A DNA stretch of 64,000 nucleotides. It comes from Balanoglossus misakiensis (lineage: Eukaryota; Animalia; Hemichordata). The stretch spans positions 620,001 to 684,000 of the forward strand of contig CM082577.2 in the NCBI GenBank assembly GCA_040954595.2. Direction: 5' to 3'. Both the position numbers and the translations under genes were made by a program. Shown here one piece after another: positions 13,262-26,705 of the stretch (within the stretch, counting starts at the first letter, position 1; each line of letters opens with the position of its first letter). The notes beneath the pieces are model-generated. The model was not told where the DNA came from. It did not search any database and was given only the letters and a program-made list of their open reading frames with translations.

Positions 13262-13335
13262 AGTCTAGTCTATGAAGCATTCTGGCAAAAACCCCTAACA
13301 ATGGGGAGGCTGGAATTGCCGATGCTTGTATCTGA
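13262..13335 (+). promoter_or_regulatory. Eukaryotic type II SECIS element in the MSRB1 3'UTR
   Basis: ATGA (13272-13275), helix GCATTCTGGC, AAA bulge, mini-stem CCCC/TAACAAT/GGGG, complementary strand GCTGGAATTGC, then CGAT (GA at 13321). This is the canonical quartet and apical-A architecture. Confidence 0.9.
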
Positions 13336-13402
13336 CATGTTATAACTGACTGTCTGTGGACTGTCATAACATACCATAACTGAAGTAATTTTTAAATGTA
13401 CT

Positions 13403-13494
13403 TTAACCCTTTCACCCCAGTTCTCTCCATAGCGGTCCAACCTTACCATAGAAAACACTTGGTTTGGACTGAACCATGGTGGTGAAAGGGTTAA
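13403..13494. mobile_element. About 90-bp piggyBac-like MITE, copy 1 (TTAA target site), in the MSRB1 3'UTR region
   Basis: Ends TTAACCCTTTCACC...GGTGAAAGGGTTAA form a terminal inverted repeat flanked by TTAA. A second, inverted copy lies at 51539-51631. Confidence 0.8.
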
Positions 13495-14376
13495 ATCTTG
13501 GGGAAGAGAAGGGATTGTTGGGATATTTTATCAGATTGCCTTTGTGCTGAATTCATTTTCTGAAGTTGCCTTGTTTTATGGAGCATACTGGGGGGAAAAT
13601 CTTTGTAAACAATTGATCATGTCCCACCAAATGCAAGTTAACACACAATTCTTCTTTGATCCAATGTGACTTCCTATCCTTAATGTGTGAAGTTGAGCAG
13701 TTTAATGAAATGGAGATTTGTCAGAGTTTCTGACCAGTCATGCAACAAATCTTACTATGCCTGATGGACCAGCTAGAACACATTTACATTCCACAGAGTT
13801 GGAAATCGTCATTTTAGGAGCTGAATTCTTTTCATTAAAAGGCTGTCAGAATAATTTAGCTAGGTTATTTTGTTATTATGAGACGAAATTTAGAATGTGC
13901 ACTAGTTGTAGTACTGTCTTTTGTAACCCAAAGAGATTTTCTGGGACCTATGCACTTTTGTGCTTGAATATTGTAACCAGGAGTAGAATGAATTTATCAC
14001 AATAAACTTGAATATATGTATAACATAACATTGTGTGGCCATTGTTGTAAACTATGGGTGTGCTTACAGCATGCAAATTGTGGCAGTGAGTTCTAATGTA
14101 CTGTGTGTAGCATTTTCCTGTAGTAAAGATTGGGAAGTTGGGGACAGAAAATCATGAAAAATTGTGTTTATTCATTTAAATTTATTCAGAAAAAGAAAGA
14201 ATGATAAATTTTCATACAATACAATTAGTAAAGCCCAGAATTCAAATTGACTGATAGAAACAAATCAATGTGGGTTATAACATCATGGCCTGTCACCTCT
14301 TGTTCAAAGTCAGCCAATCTCTACCACTCATAACCAGCTTTATAGTTCTAAATGTACTACAAGCAGCATACCATAT

Positions 14377-15881
14377 CTAATCTTTCAATTTCTCTTCTTT
14401 GGCCACATCATTGACCTCAGTATCTTTATTTTCTGTTCCATCTTTGCTGTCCTCACTGTCAGCTTTAGTCTCTGCCTCTTCCTTTCTGCTAATCTCCTGT
14501 TGCCTATGTGTCAATATTACATTGCTGTCAGTGTCACTCTGGTGTTGTGGAGATCCTTTGTCTTCCTTCTTAATATTGACTGCTATTGCAACTGTCTGTT
14601 GCTTTGCACTGTCATCCGTTTGCTCACCACTTTTCTCACTCGCTGTCTTCTTCACATCCTCCGGAGTTCTCTTCACTGCCAGTTCAGAAGGATCTTTCTG
14701 ACCCTCAACAACAACTTGCAGGTTGTACTTGCACAACTCCTTATATTCCTTGACAATGCTCAGACAGCAAACAGTCTTGATCACTTCCACCATGATTGCC
14801 AATTCCGGCCCGTCCAAGTCCACCCAATGACCGTTTTTGGACAACACAATCTTGGCTACTGCGTCCACTATCTGAATCCTGTTGATTTCAGAATTACTCC
14901 TTGCTTTGTACACAACGCAGAAAGATTTTGCCGGTACGCCCTCGGCGTGGAAATGTGGGTGTATCAACTTCTCTGCCATTTCCACTATGTTCTCTGTCCT
15001 AGCTTTACAGGTTCCTTCCACTGGGATTAATCTGTGAATATACCTTGCAACATTCTGTTTCTTCTTGGCAACATCCGAAAAAATCTTGTATACAAGATCC
15101 GTTGGACTTTCCACCTGTGATAAATAACACAAGTGTAAACAAGGAAATAATTAAAAACAGCCAAACTACTCCACGATGTGGATGAAAATCAACAGCTGGT
15201 AAAAATGTGTTTTATTTTTCCTTCAAAATGGCTTGTTCTATTTAACAAAAATTAAACAAAGCTGAATCTGTACTTCATAAATCCTGCTTCTTACCAGGGT
15301 TTTGATGAACACAACATTGTTTGCACCACTGAAACGTGCCTGAAACCGCCTTTCTTTTTTCTTCCCAAGATCTTTCAAGCTTTCTGTTTCTTTCTTCAGG
15401 GTTGTCTCTATATCATCATCATCACTACCACTCTCTACAGGTAGAATTGATATGAGAGTAAGATTTTTATTGAATATGGATGGGAGATTTTCAAAGTAGA
15501 CAATTGAAAAATAAGCAATCCGATATTTGTGACAAAGCTCTTTCCCACAAAGTTGTGCAGAGGAGTCTAGTTAGGAGTCTATTTCGCATTGACATTCAAT
15601 TGATGTACAAGCAAGAATTATATAATAAAAACATTCTCACCTCCATCAGAATTTGTTGCAGAGGCTGAGACTTCTTCAGGGCCATACATCTCATCTGCAT
15701 ACTGTGACAAAACTTTGTATCCTTCTATAACACACCGCTTTTCATCGTGGTTGCAAGTCAAAAGAAAGCCTTTCATACCAGCTTCTAGGACACCATGTTC
15801 ACATCCCTTTCTCTTCTTTACTGACTTTTTGTAGAAGGCTTTACTTCTTTTCTGTCCACCTTTGGGGCCTGACCACGACAT
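14377..15881 (-). CDS. THUMPD1: THUMP domain-containing protein 1 (tRNA ac4C adaptor), 3 coding exons, about 372 aa
   Basis: Exons 15881-15641, 15434-15295, 15114-14377 (1119 nt). Motifs LEAGMKGFLLTCNHDEKRCVIEGYKVLSQYADEMYGPE, RRFQARFSGANNVVFIKT and FCVVYKARSN...VDLDGPELAIMVEVIKTVCCLSIVKEY...KYNLQ. A probable 5'UTR exon donor lies near 16202. Confidence 0.93.
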
Positions 15882-16199
15882 GTTGCTAGGACCGTGTTAA
15901 TCTACTTCTTAAACCATATGGAATTCAGGCTCTGATCTGCATATGTGTAATGATATAACAAAGATATTAGTTCTCTCCAACTTGGATATTATGCAAGACA
16001 CCCCCCCCCCCCCCCCCCCCCCCCATTTTAAGGAAATTGAGCATCAGGACGCAGTCACTCCACACAAGGAGTGACCATGATCATATCTAGACCTTGGTGT
16101 GCGATTCATTCAATAAAAGAATTAAATGAAAAGGTTCATGCCACTTAAAAATGGAAAAAGGTGGTGTGCCAAAATTATTTTTGCTCACTCTTAATTAAT

Positions 16200-16671
16200 T
16201 ACCTCCGCAGAGGGCGCACTAGATAAATCATCATCGCTCGATCATACGCAGCATGCACTACTACTGATGCAAGCTCACAGTCAAAGCAAAGACATCGTTT
16301 CGGGTTTAAAACTATTTGGTGCAAATATCTACGCGTTGTACTTCGTTCTTCAGGAAGTGTAAAGACAGCATGATTAACAAAATGCGACATTTTTAACTCT
16401 ACACATGTAGTACACTTACTCGATTCAATGCCTTTTTCCGTTTGTTTGAATTCAGCTCCTCCAGTAACTATCAGCCAAAGAAAACATTAATAAGAAATAT
16501 ATATCATGAGGATATAATCCTGAAAAAGGTCATTTCATTATTGATTTCAAAAGTTGAAATGATGAAACGAAAATAAATGATCACAGTATTGAAATTATTA
16601 TAAATTTGAACCATTTGCTTTGGAGTAAAGTACAAACAAACAAACAATCGGACGCTTCAGAAACCCAAAAC
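16200..16671. promoter_or_regulatory. Bidirectional promoter region between THUMPD1 and POLDIP3
   Basis: Head-to-head genes with first exons within about 500 bp, local CpG enrichment, and a CTCF-like motif CCGCAGAGGGCGC near 16205. Confidence 0.6.
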
Positions 16672-19454
16672 ATGGCGGATGTATCTTTAGACGAAGTTAT
16701 CGCGCGTCGTCAAATGAAATGGTCTGGTGGTCGCGGACGGTAAGATACACTGCGCTATTATTTCCTTGAAAGAAGCCGAATATCTAAAGATGCAAGTATA
16801 AGGATTTTTAAGACGTCAGATGCCAAAAGGAACGTGAAAACCATACAAAGACGTCGCCGTATTAAATTACTGCGACGTTGCGTCGTCGCTGGTCCCGTTG
16901 ACACCCGAAAGTGAAAAACGACTTTGGGAATGGGAAATCCCACGACAAAGAAATGACACACAAATAGTCTTCGCACAGACATAGCGCACAACTTGGCGGT
17001 GTTACATTTTCGTTCAATCAATTTTCGGTGACATTGGTCCTGACTTTTTGGTGAAAACCACTTTTCTTACGGTATAGTAATTAGTATACACGTGCACGTG
17101 TGTAACTTCATGAGTGTGGCTATAATAAAACAATGATTGATAATGATTGTTATATTATATTTTCACTGGGATTTAATGTGGCAGATTTAGAAATTAAAAC
17201 TGCAAAATTACGGCATTTACAGTTTTGTTTGTGGGTGCTACATTTCACCAGTAATATGCCAACTTTTTTTCTTCTTTTTTTTAGGGGAATGAGCAGAGGA
17301 CGGGGTCGAGGGAGGGGCAGGGGGAGAGGAGGACAAGGTCAAAGTATGAAGTTCAATATCCAGTCACGAAACTTCAATGTCGCATCACGGAACTACAATG
17401 TTCCATCGCGGAATCTTGTTACCAAAACACTGGTTAATGATGCAAGACAAAAAATAGGAGTAACAGACGCTAGACAGAGAATATTGCAAAATATGAGAAG
17501 GACTGATGCCAGGGAAAGATTAAATCAAAAAGCACGGAAGATAGATGCAAGGCTGAAATTGAATGCAAAGAGGAGTGTTGACAGTCACAATCAACAGTCT
17601 TACCCTCAGCATGGAGACACTGGTACAGTCAACATGGATGTAAGTACAGAACGATCTTCAAATCTCGTCTTGCACAATTCCTTTCATTGCATAACATGAA
17701 AGATGTGACAATTACATTAGTTGCTGTGGTGTTTTGCTTTGAGAATCAGTGCTCAGGAAATTCTCTGTGACGTGACATGAAACATTTTCATTTGGCACGC
17801 AGTAAGTCTTGATTCCAATGGTGACACATTCTTGACCTGAGGCTGTTCATTTTTCTTAACCATCTCTGTTGCATCAACAGGCTGGAACACCAAAGATAAC
17901 CATACAGAATCCACAAGCAACTATCACGAAGCTGAGTTCACCTCAAGTTCAACCTGCAATGAAGAGACTCAGTAATAAAGTAACAACAAACAGTGGAGAC
18001 TTGAAGATCACAACAGTCAATGAAATGGCAAGAAAGGTATGTCGGGTTTTGCTTTGCTGTTCTTTGCAGTGGCACATCATTTGAGACATGTTAAATCTCC
18101 ACAAGCTGTATGTAATTGACAATTTGTCTTCAGTGTTTTTGTTCTGTTTATCAACACTGTGCAGTGTTAGGAATATAGCATGTTAAATTTGACTTATCTC
18201 ACTCTTTACAGAGAAAACCCCAGCCTCAGCCAATGAAACCACCACCGCCACCACCAGCATCATCGTATAACACATTCCTTCTTGGACAAGGGTTTGTTGA
18301 GGAAATTGAAGAAGATAATCAGGATGACATTGATATGTTTGTCAGGAGAGAGGAACCAGAACAGTTCTATTATGAACCACCACCTCAGAAAATCACCAGG
18401 GTTTTCCCGAAACCAGCAGCAGTTGCACCAAAGCCAAGGGCCAATGAGGTAGGGAAGGTCTTTGGGGGAGAATTGTTTCTGTATCTCTTAGACAACAGCT
18501 CTGTGATTCTGCAGTGCAGTTAAGATTGTATTTCTGATTTATTGTTGTTGCATTTCAGTTGTTGTTTGCCACCGGCAGCAGCAGTGGCAGTGGTGTCAGT
18601 CCGCTTCAAGGAACCAGAATGCATATCTCCAATCTACACCCAACAGTCACAGAAGAAGATATTGAGGTAAAGAACATCTTATTTTGAATTTGATACCCAC
18701 ACACCTCCTGGATTGACATGCCTGGGATGTGTGCAGGCAGATATGATGATAGACTTTGAGCCCATACATTTGTACACTGTTACATTTTCACACACTTGAA
18801 TACTTTGACTGCAAAACATCAACTATAAAGCTATACATCATCTCTGCTGAGATTTTAGACTGGTTTCTCATTAACAGGACCGCAACAGTCCAAACAAAAC
18901 CTGAAACTTACGTTGACGAGGTTCTTGTCTTTCCAGGAACTGTTTGGGGCAGTAGGGGCACTGAAAAGAGCGCGTTTATTGAAGCAAGGTACAGCTGAGG
19001 TTGTCTTTGTCCGACATGAAGACGCTTGTGAAGCCTTCAAAGCATATAACAACAGAGAATTGGATGGCCAACCAATGCAGTGTAAACTGGAATCTATTGG
19101 ACCACCCCCATCCACAATTGCATCAAGACCTGTATCATCAGTTTCATTGCTAGCATCCAGGTAAGATGATTTTACCACAGAATCTGTCTTTAGGAAAGAA
19201 AGACATATTTCTCAGTTGTTACAGTTGTTGATGATCTCTGTGACTTCTTAATTACCCATGCTAACCCCACAAGCAACTTAAAAAGACGCATGCCTACCAT
19301 CTCTCCTCTGTGTTTCTGTAGAGTTAAACAAGAAATTGGCAAGAAAGGACCAACGGCAGAAGTCGACTCATCACTTATCCAGAGAGCATTGTTTAAGACA
19401 CAGTCTGTCAGTGCAGTGCCATCAAGACCTGTTACCTTCACCGTCAAGTTGTAG
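16672..19454 (+). CDS. POLDIP3: Polymerase delta-interacting protein 3 (SKAR), 7 exons, about 426 aa
   Basis: Exons 16672-16739, 17285-17639, 17881-18036, 18212-18448, 18559-18666, 18937-19160, 19322-19454 (1281 nt). N-terminus MADVSLDEVI, repeated DAR motifs (DARQKIGVTDARQRI...DARERL...DARLKL), and RRM SPLQGTRMHISNLHPTVTEEDIEELFGAVGALKRARLLKQGTAEVVF...YNNRELDGQPMQCKL. Confidence 0.93.
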
Positions 19455-20509
19455 CAAAAAAAAAAGAATACAGAGCACTGCCCTCTCGTGTCATGTTTGG
19501 ATTTTCTTTTTTTCTTTATTGTGAAGTAGTTGTTGTAAAGCAACATATTCCTCTGTAAAATATGTGACTTTGTCTTTATATGTCTGTTTCTTAAAAGTAT
19601 CAACTCTTTCCGTGTTGAATACATTCAGGATCTTTTAGCAGCTCTCTGCCTTTGTTGTAAGGATTATCACTTTCTCCCCCATTTCTCAGAAAATGGACTC
19701 AACCATACAATTAAAAAAATAGGGCTGAAATAAATGACAGTGGGGAAAGGGTCAAAATAATTTGTACTGGTCAATTTCTCATTGAGTCATAATCTCATTG
19801 TCTTTAATAGAATGTAGAGGGAACGTTTTCACATCAGTACCAAGTTTAATATCAACATTTCTATATTTGAATACCAGTAAGTACTTTTTTAGCGAATTGT
19901 GTTAATGCTGCTGTAGAAAAGGCATGAAAAACTTGGACAAATTTTCTTTTCTTTTTTTTTAAAGAAAACCTGTTGTGGTTAGTTGCTTACTCTTCAAAAG
20001 TTTGTCTATCATACTTGCAAGTGCTGAAATACTGGCTTGTAAATCATTGGTTATGCTTGAATGAATGAACAACAGAAAATGAGAATGATGATTGTTTGAA
20101 AGGGCAAAGGATGAAAAGACCATGTCCAAGCATTTCAGCGGGGTTTAGTAAGCACTACAAGGTTTATGATTCTTGGATGAAATGAGAACTAACCAAGAAA
20201 ATGTTAAAAGATACTGTCTTTGTAACTCTATCAGCAAAGAATATTAAATCAGGTCGTATGTGGCCAAGTTCTATCCTTGTAATAAAGTACTATGTAGTTG
20301 TTACTTGGTACATATATACAGACATATAGATGCGATACCAATGTTTGATTTGGCAAATGAAAATCAGCTTGCAGGACATGGAGAGAGTGCTATCATCACA
20401 ACCTGGCTTCAATATCCAAACGTTTACCTGTACGTGTATAAACAGACACACTCGTAATCCTGCTGGTAATGTCAACATCGATTGCTCATAATAACATGTG
20501 CTCAATGGA

Positions 20510-20680
20510 GTGAAACAGGTTGAAACTGACGCCTGTCTGTTATGGCTGGTAATCTGTCCATCCTCAACATCTTTCGCAATAAGTCAACGTCCCTTAGCAG
20601 TGACATCATATTCCAATAACCTCTTTCTGAGTTCGGCTGTTACAAGTATACTTTTAGAGGACTTGGGCAAAAATAGCAGT
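20510..20680 (-). pseudogene. Possible decayed SAP-domain coding fragment (transposon-derived?)
   Basis: Minus-strand translation KSILVTAELRKRLLEYDVTAKGR*LIAKD resembles the SAP consensus (L.V.ELR..L...G....GRK.DLI.R) but has a stop or small deletion. Confidence 0.2.
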
Positions 20681-22612
20681 CGGGGTGGAGTTTATCCACT
20701 AATAACATAGATTGATTTCACCAGTGCTATTGAAGAGTACACAGGGGGAAATTGCTGTTGTTGTTGTTGTTGTTGTTATCGTCGCCGCCTCCGCAGATGT
20801 TGTAAAGAAATGATAACGCTTCCGTATTAAAAGACCTTCCATCTCCTCCATGATCACTTCAAATATATTTTATGACTTGTCACTATAAAGTTTCATACGT
20901 GTCTGTGCCGCCCCATTTTGAACTTATAGGGAATCATAATTTCCGGTATAAAATGCGTCGTCTGGGGGCGGCGTGTATTCATAAAAAATAAGAGAGTGAC
21001 CCGCCTGTTTATTTATCTCATATACTGACGAGCTTAACCTAAATGCAACATTCGGCGCTGGGCAGTGGAACAAGTTGCATCGGTAAGTGTTAAACTACTA
21101 GTACATCATATTCCCCCAGGTAGTACATGGCAGTCATGTGGAGTTAGATTTCAAAATACTTTTTAATTAAGGTATTGCCAGAGATAAAAAAAATAACACT
21201 ATAAAAAGAAAAGTTAATTGCAAAGGCACGTTTAAAGCAAAATCGAATTTGTAAAACGCTCCGTAATCAAAAGAATTAGTTCATCAATGAATACATTTGA
21301 GTTCTTCGGGAAATGCATTCAAAATTACAAGAAAACAATACAACACTCTGAAAGTAAAGTTCGCGCTTAATTTGTTACCTGATCGGAGATCGTATGTTGG
21401 CTAGCATAAAGAAGAGATAAAAGGGCGTTCGATAATCTGCTAAAGCCCCAATGGCCGCAGCTTTTAGGTACATTGTTTGACGACATCATTTTGAATTTGT
21501 GGAGATTCTAAAACCCGTGAGCGCATACCACGATAGTTGTGTACTTTTTGCAAAGGGTTCCTGAATAAACGGGCGCCACACTCTTTTGTTAATTCACTTG
21601 TTCACATTTAAAGTTAAAGCCACAAACAGTGGTTGATCATATGTCTGTGGATATCCATAACCACATCAAAGTTTGAAAATACACTGACTCTAAGTTTTGA
21701 ACGTCCCCAAGTGTCCAAATGTCGAGATAAGCTAACTCCCTCTGTACTGGCACCTCTGAGGAACAATCTAAAGCTCAGCCTTGCCTGGATTGACCATTTT
21801 CCGAACTCTACGAGACTCAGCGAGATTTAGCGTGGCTAGGCAATTCACATGGGAGGACATTCTCGTGATATCGAACACAGACCAGGACAAACAACACACG
21901 GCCCATCGTGTTCATTTTTGGCTACTAGTTTCATACCAAGCTTTACTTGTATTACTTGGCTAGAAACCCGTAGCTATGGTCATTAAAAGTCTCATGAGAT
22001 CTCGCATTGAGCTTAACATCATCTGTTGCATATCATGCCACTGTTCATTGAACTGAGTTTACTCAGCCTTGCAAGCATTCAAGCGAGACATTTCTGTTTT
22101 GCTTGCAGTTTATATTCCTATTGACACATTTTTTTGCAGATGTGACAAATCTGCAGGATTATACCAGCTGCATCGCATTTAGCGTTGCACTGTCACTCCG
22201 CACCAATAATTCTTTGCAGATGTGTCAGATCTGATTATCATTTGGAACTTTACGCCACGGGACACATTATCAGAAACAAAGTGATAGTCCTCCAAACCTT
22301 TCATGTTCATTATTCTCTACATCATTAAAGTAGGCGGAGAGTCTTTTTTAAAAACTAAGAAGAAAGTTCAATTTCATATTTGAGACCATTTTGCTCTGTC
22401 ATTCACAATTTTGATTGGTGACCGCAATTTTTTACTAAGTGAGAATAATTGAAAGTAGGCTTTGGCAAAATATGATTAAGACTTTTTTAAGGCGCTTGTT
22501 ACCATAAGTCATACCAGCTGTGGCGCAATACTATAAGTTACGCACGCAGTTAGAACATTTTGTGGAAATGCTAACTTACTCCTATGTCTTTCAGCATTCC
22601 CCGTCAGAAATC

Positions 22613-25600
22613 ATGGCGTCGTATCAGATGTTTTTGTATTCATTGAGTGTGGTCATTTTTCTTACCATAGGTAAGTCAAATTGTTCGACAAATGAGAAGT
22701 AAAACCATGATCATCGTTTCTGGGAGAACTCTGAAAAGTTTTCGGATAAAATGCCGAGCGAGGAGCACATTTATCAAAGATAATCGTCATTTCAAAAACC
22801 CATGTCTTTCAGCCACAGCATGCTAGGAGCTCGAAACAAATATCGTGTATTGATTTAAAAACTTTCATTATTTGTGAAAATTAATTCAAGCGCTTGTGCT
22901 TGGAGTGACTTATTTATATTTCTGCAATATTTTTTTCCCTTCTTGTTTGTTTTTCACTCACTTTTGTGGATGATTTTTCCTTTCAAACTATTACAAGATT
23001 CCACGCATGGCAGTGGTCTTGATGAGGCCTTCCTGAGATACTGCGCCAACATGGGCAGACTTGCTGTGGATCGAGCAATCATGGAGACCAGAACAGCCCT
23101 GTTGGATCGGAAACCCAAAACCCCGAGCGACCTCCTGACGCTGTTTCGGTTTCCAAGCCAAGAAACTGTCGAGCTTGCACGAGCAGAAGAAACTTTCCAG
23201 GCAACTCTGGATATCATAAGAGACCACGATGTCGGGGGAATGCAATCGAGTTTCAGCGAAGAACAAACCAGTAGGTTGCTTTTACAGTCCTGGTGACAAT
23301 AGGTCGCTTTCTTACTGTTTACTAATGAATTATAGTCCGCCACAATTTACTGCCTCGCTGTTTTTTGTTGTTGTTTCAGGCATGGAGAGCCAACTTACAG
23401 ACGAGAACATAAGATACCTGATGGCGTTATCGGGCTGCACTGACGTCACCCATGACGTCACCTGTCAGGATTCATGCAAGTACTCCAAGTACCGTACCGC
23501 CAATGGTGTCTGTAACAACGTGGATAAACCCACCCAGGGAGCTACCCTGACCCCATTTGCCCGATTTCTGGATCCCAAATATGAAGACCATTTCAATGAT
23601 CCAATTGGATGGGCCAACACGCGAGGCAGGAGGCAGTCTTTGCCGAGCCCTCGTTTGGTCTCCACTGTTGTTGGTTCAACCGATACCATTACAGACGACA
23701 GCGAATTAAGTAACTTCGTCATGTTTTGGGGTCAGTTCCTTGATCATGATCTGGACTTGACACCCCACAGTCCAAGTTCAGTGGCGTTCAAGGATGGTGT
23801 GAGATGCAATGAAACTTGTGAAAACAGCGCCCCCTGTTTCCCCATTCAAGTCCCAGCTGACGATCCACGCATACACGAAGAATGTCTTACATTCATAAGG
23901 TCTAGTGCCGTTTGTGGTTCTGGGTATAGAACTGGCCCTGGTAGGTTGGTACCCCGAGAGCAGATAAACGCCATCACATCCTACATCGATGGCTCTCAGA
24001 TTTACGGCAGTTCACAAACACTGGCAGATAATCTGAGAGCATTTGATGGCAAAGGCCGACTGAGAACTAACAGTGACACTGAGGTTCCTACCGGTCGTTC
24101 ATTGTTGCCCTATGACCCCGATTCCCCAATGGCTTGCTTGAGTGAAAGCAGTTCTGCAGAAGTTCCTTGTTTTCTTGCTGGTGACGTCAGATCCAACGAA
24201 CAGGTGGCTCTGACCAGCATGCACACACTACTTCTCAGAGAACACAACCGTGTCAGTGAGAGATTGTCTGATGTCAATCCACACTGGGATGATGAAAAGC
24301 TGTACCAAGAAGCTCGCAAAATTGTTGGCGCAGAACTTCAACACATTGTATTTGATCACTACCTCCCTAAAGTTCTGGGACCACAAGGCATGCAACGATT
24401 GGGGGACTACCAGGGCTATGATCCTGATGTCGATGCATCCATAGCCAATGTATTTGCCACAGGGGCTTTCAGATTTGGCCATGGCACTGTTAGACCTGTA
24501 ATCCCTCGACTTCAAGCGAACTTTCAACCCATCCCAGAAGGAAACCTTCCCCTCCATCTGGCCTTCTTTCAACCCTGGAGACTTGTCGAACAAGGCGGCA
24601 TTGAACCCATCCTGAGAGGTTTCTTTGCCGTTCCCGCCAAGCAACTCATTCCAGACGAGATAATGACAGACGAGCTGACAGAGCGTCTCTTTGAGTTGGC
24701 TGAAACCGTCGCATTGGATCTCATGGCTCTCAACATCCAACGTGGAAGAGACCATGGTTTACCGTCCTATTATTGGTGGCGTAAGAGGTGTGGGCTTAAA
24801 GTGGGCAATACTTTCCGTCATCTTCGTGGTGATATCTCTAAACAATCAGTGCTAGATAAACTGCAAGAACTTTACCAGAGTCCCAAGAAGATTGACCTTT
24901 TCATTGGCGCAATGGCCGAGGACCCCCTCCCAGGTGGCATTCTCGGTCCAACATTTACATGTCTATTGGCAGATCAGTTCCAGAGGACACGAGCAGGCGA
25001 CAGGTACATGGATACGATTTGTACAGCAAAGATAGTTCTTGGGTGCCAAACCTATTAATTCAGACATGTCGAGGAACTGAAAACAGATCAATAATCAATT
25101 TCAGATTGCAAAACTTTGAAGAATTTTATGCTAAGTTTTTGGTCTTTGGCCCCCTAGATTTTGGTACGAGAATCAAGGTGTCTTTGCCGCTTCTCAACTT
25201 GCTGAGATCAAAAAGCAATCACTTGCCCGAATTATCTGTGACAACACTGGCATCGATCAAGTTCAAGCAGATGTCTTCTTGAGTCCAACCAATGAGAGCC
25301 TTGGCAGGCCACTCCTTAATTGTAATGATATAGCGGGAATGGATTTGTCTGTGTGGACCCAGACCGTTGGAAGTAAGTACTGACAGTGAGTCATGTCAGC
25401 ATGAACGTGGGCCTGTTCAGAAACTGTCCTGACTGCAGACAATGGGCAATATTTATGTATCCGAGACTGAATGCCATTAAAGAGACACTTTGTTTGCATT
25501 TTGTGTCCATTTTTGTACTATTCTCACTACCTTCAACAAGTTTTAGCTACCTAGGTATGTGATAAAAATCACATGTCGACAGAGATGTCATGGAATACGG

Positions 25601-25984
25601 GTAACATATCATCTCTTCAAACTCTTACTACACTGAGTTGTCGACCTTTTTACCCACAGTGCAATTATTATAATATGATTTGACCCCCTAGCACGAAGAA
25701 TGTGGAATAAGACGGCTTTGGTGTGTTTTCAATTTATTACAGGTCACACTTCTCCAACCATCACTTGTCCGGATGACGTCAACGTAAACGGCAACAACGC
25801 AGGCGCGGTTGTTACCTGGACTGATCCAATCGGAACAGATAGCTCTGGAACCGCCATTGATGTCACGTGCTCTCATACAAGTGGTTCACGGTTCCCGCCA
25901 GGTGTTACCAGCGTGACCTGCTCGACCTTTGACCCTTCCTCCAACTGTGCCTCCTGCTCGTTCTCCGTCATTGTTACAATATAA
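22613..25984 (+). CDS. Secreted short peroxidasin-type heme peroxidase with C-terminal HYR domain, 5 coding exons, about 803 aa
   Basis: Exons 22613-22670, 22998-23270, 23380-25003, 25158-25372, 25743-25984 (2412 nt). Signal peptide; peroxidasin-like VDRAIMETR...PSDLLTLFRFP; WGQFLDHD (distal His), ITSYIDGSQIYGS (Ca loop), GDVRSNEQ, FRFGH (proximal His), DLMALNIQRGRDHG. Last exon is a HYR domain (PTITCPDDV...VVTWTDP...CSHTSGSRFPPGVTSVTC...CSFSVIV). A probable 5'UTR exon ends at 21082 (gtaagt) and splices to 22595. Confidence 0.92.
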
Positions 25985-26705
25985 CCACATATAAAGTTTT
26001 TCCTAGCTTTAATATTGGTAACATCTTACGTTAATGCTGCTATACTGTTTGTGATACACAAAAAGGTATTTTGGATTTTTGGCATTACAATGACTACTCC
26101 CTTCGGTATTCTCTATCATGAGATCTTACAATATTATTGCATTTATCAATACTCTTTGCCATGTTATCTGTTTTTTTTTTAATTTTGGGATAAGGGTTCA
26201 TTGCAAAACATATTATTATGTTATTGTTACATTCAGCAATACTGTTTGTGACTTTTATGTATGACTACTGCGTATTGCATTAAAATAAAGTGGTTCGGTA
26301 TAGCAAAGTTATCTCAGTCTCTTGTGTGGTATTATATTTTGGGGTTATTACAATAAAGTCGGAATAAATCTCAACATTTACTGAATTTGCATAAATATTG
26401 TGTATGCTTCCGTCTTCCAGCCATTGTTGTTGTGTCATTGTTTTACTCTACAGTCTGGGCCAATGCGTAGTCGTGAATGCACCTGTCCCATTTAAAGGTC
26501 AATATTTGTTGACGTGGGCATTTGCAAAGACCCGTTGGCTATGCAAATGAGATAAAAGAGAAACAAAAGATCGGCGTGCTTACCGATTAATATATGCACC
26601 GACCGAGTTATTCAAAACAGAATGTACTGTGACCCTGTCAATTGACAAAGTACTGTGAGTGTGACCCGGTCAGTTCGGCGCGTTCTGTCTGGGTTAAAAT
26701 CCAAC

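Noticed and set aside
14399-15030. Plus-strand hydrophobic ORFs of 100 and 176 aa
   Set aside because: Antisense shadows of the THUMPD1 last exon.
16000-16024. Poly-C tract, and poly-G tracts near 4291, 33057, 55676 and 61853, as G-quadruplex regulators
   Set aside because: Homopolymer tracts are common and length-unreliable; nothing else supports a function.
22954-24755. Minus-strand ORFs within the peroxidase
   Set aside because: Antisense shadows of real coding exons.
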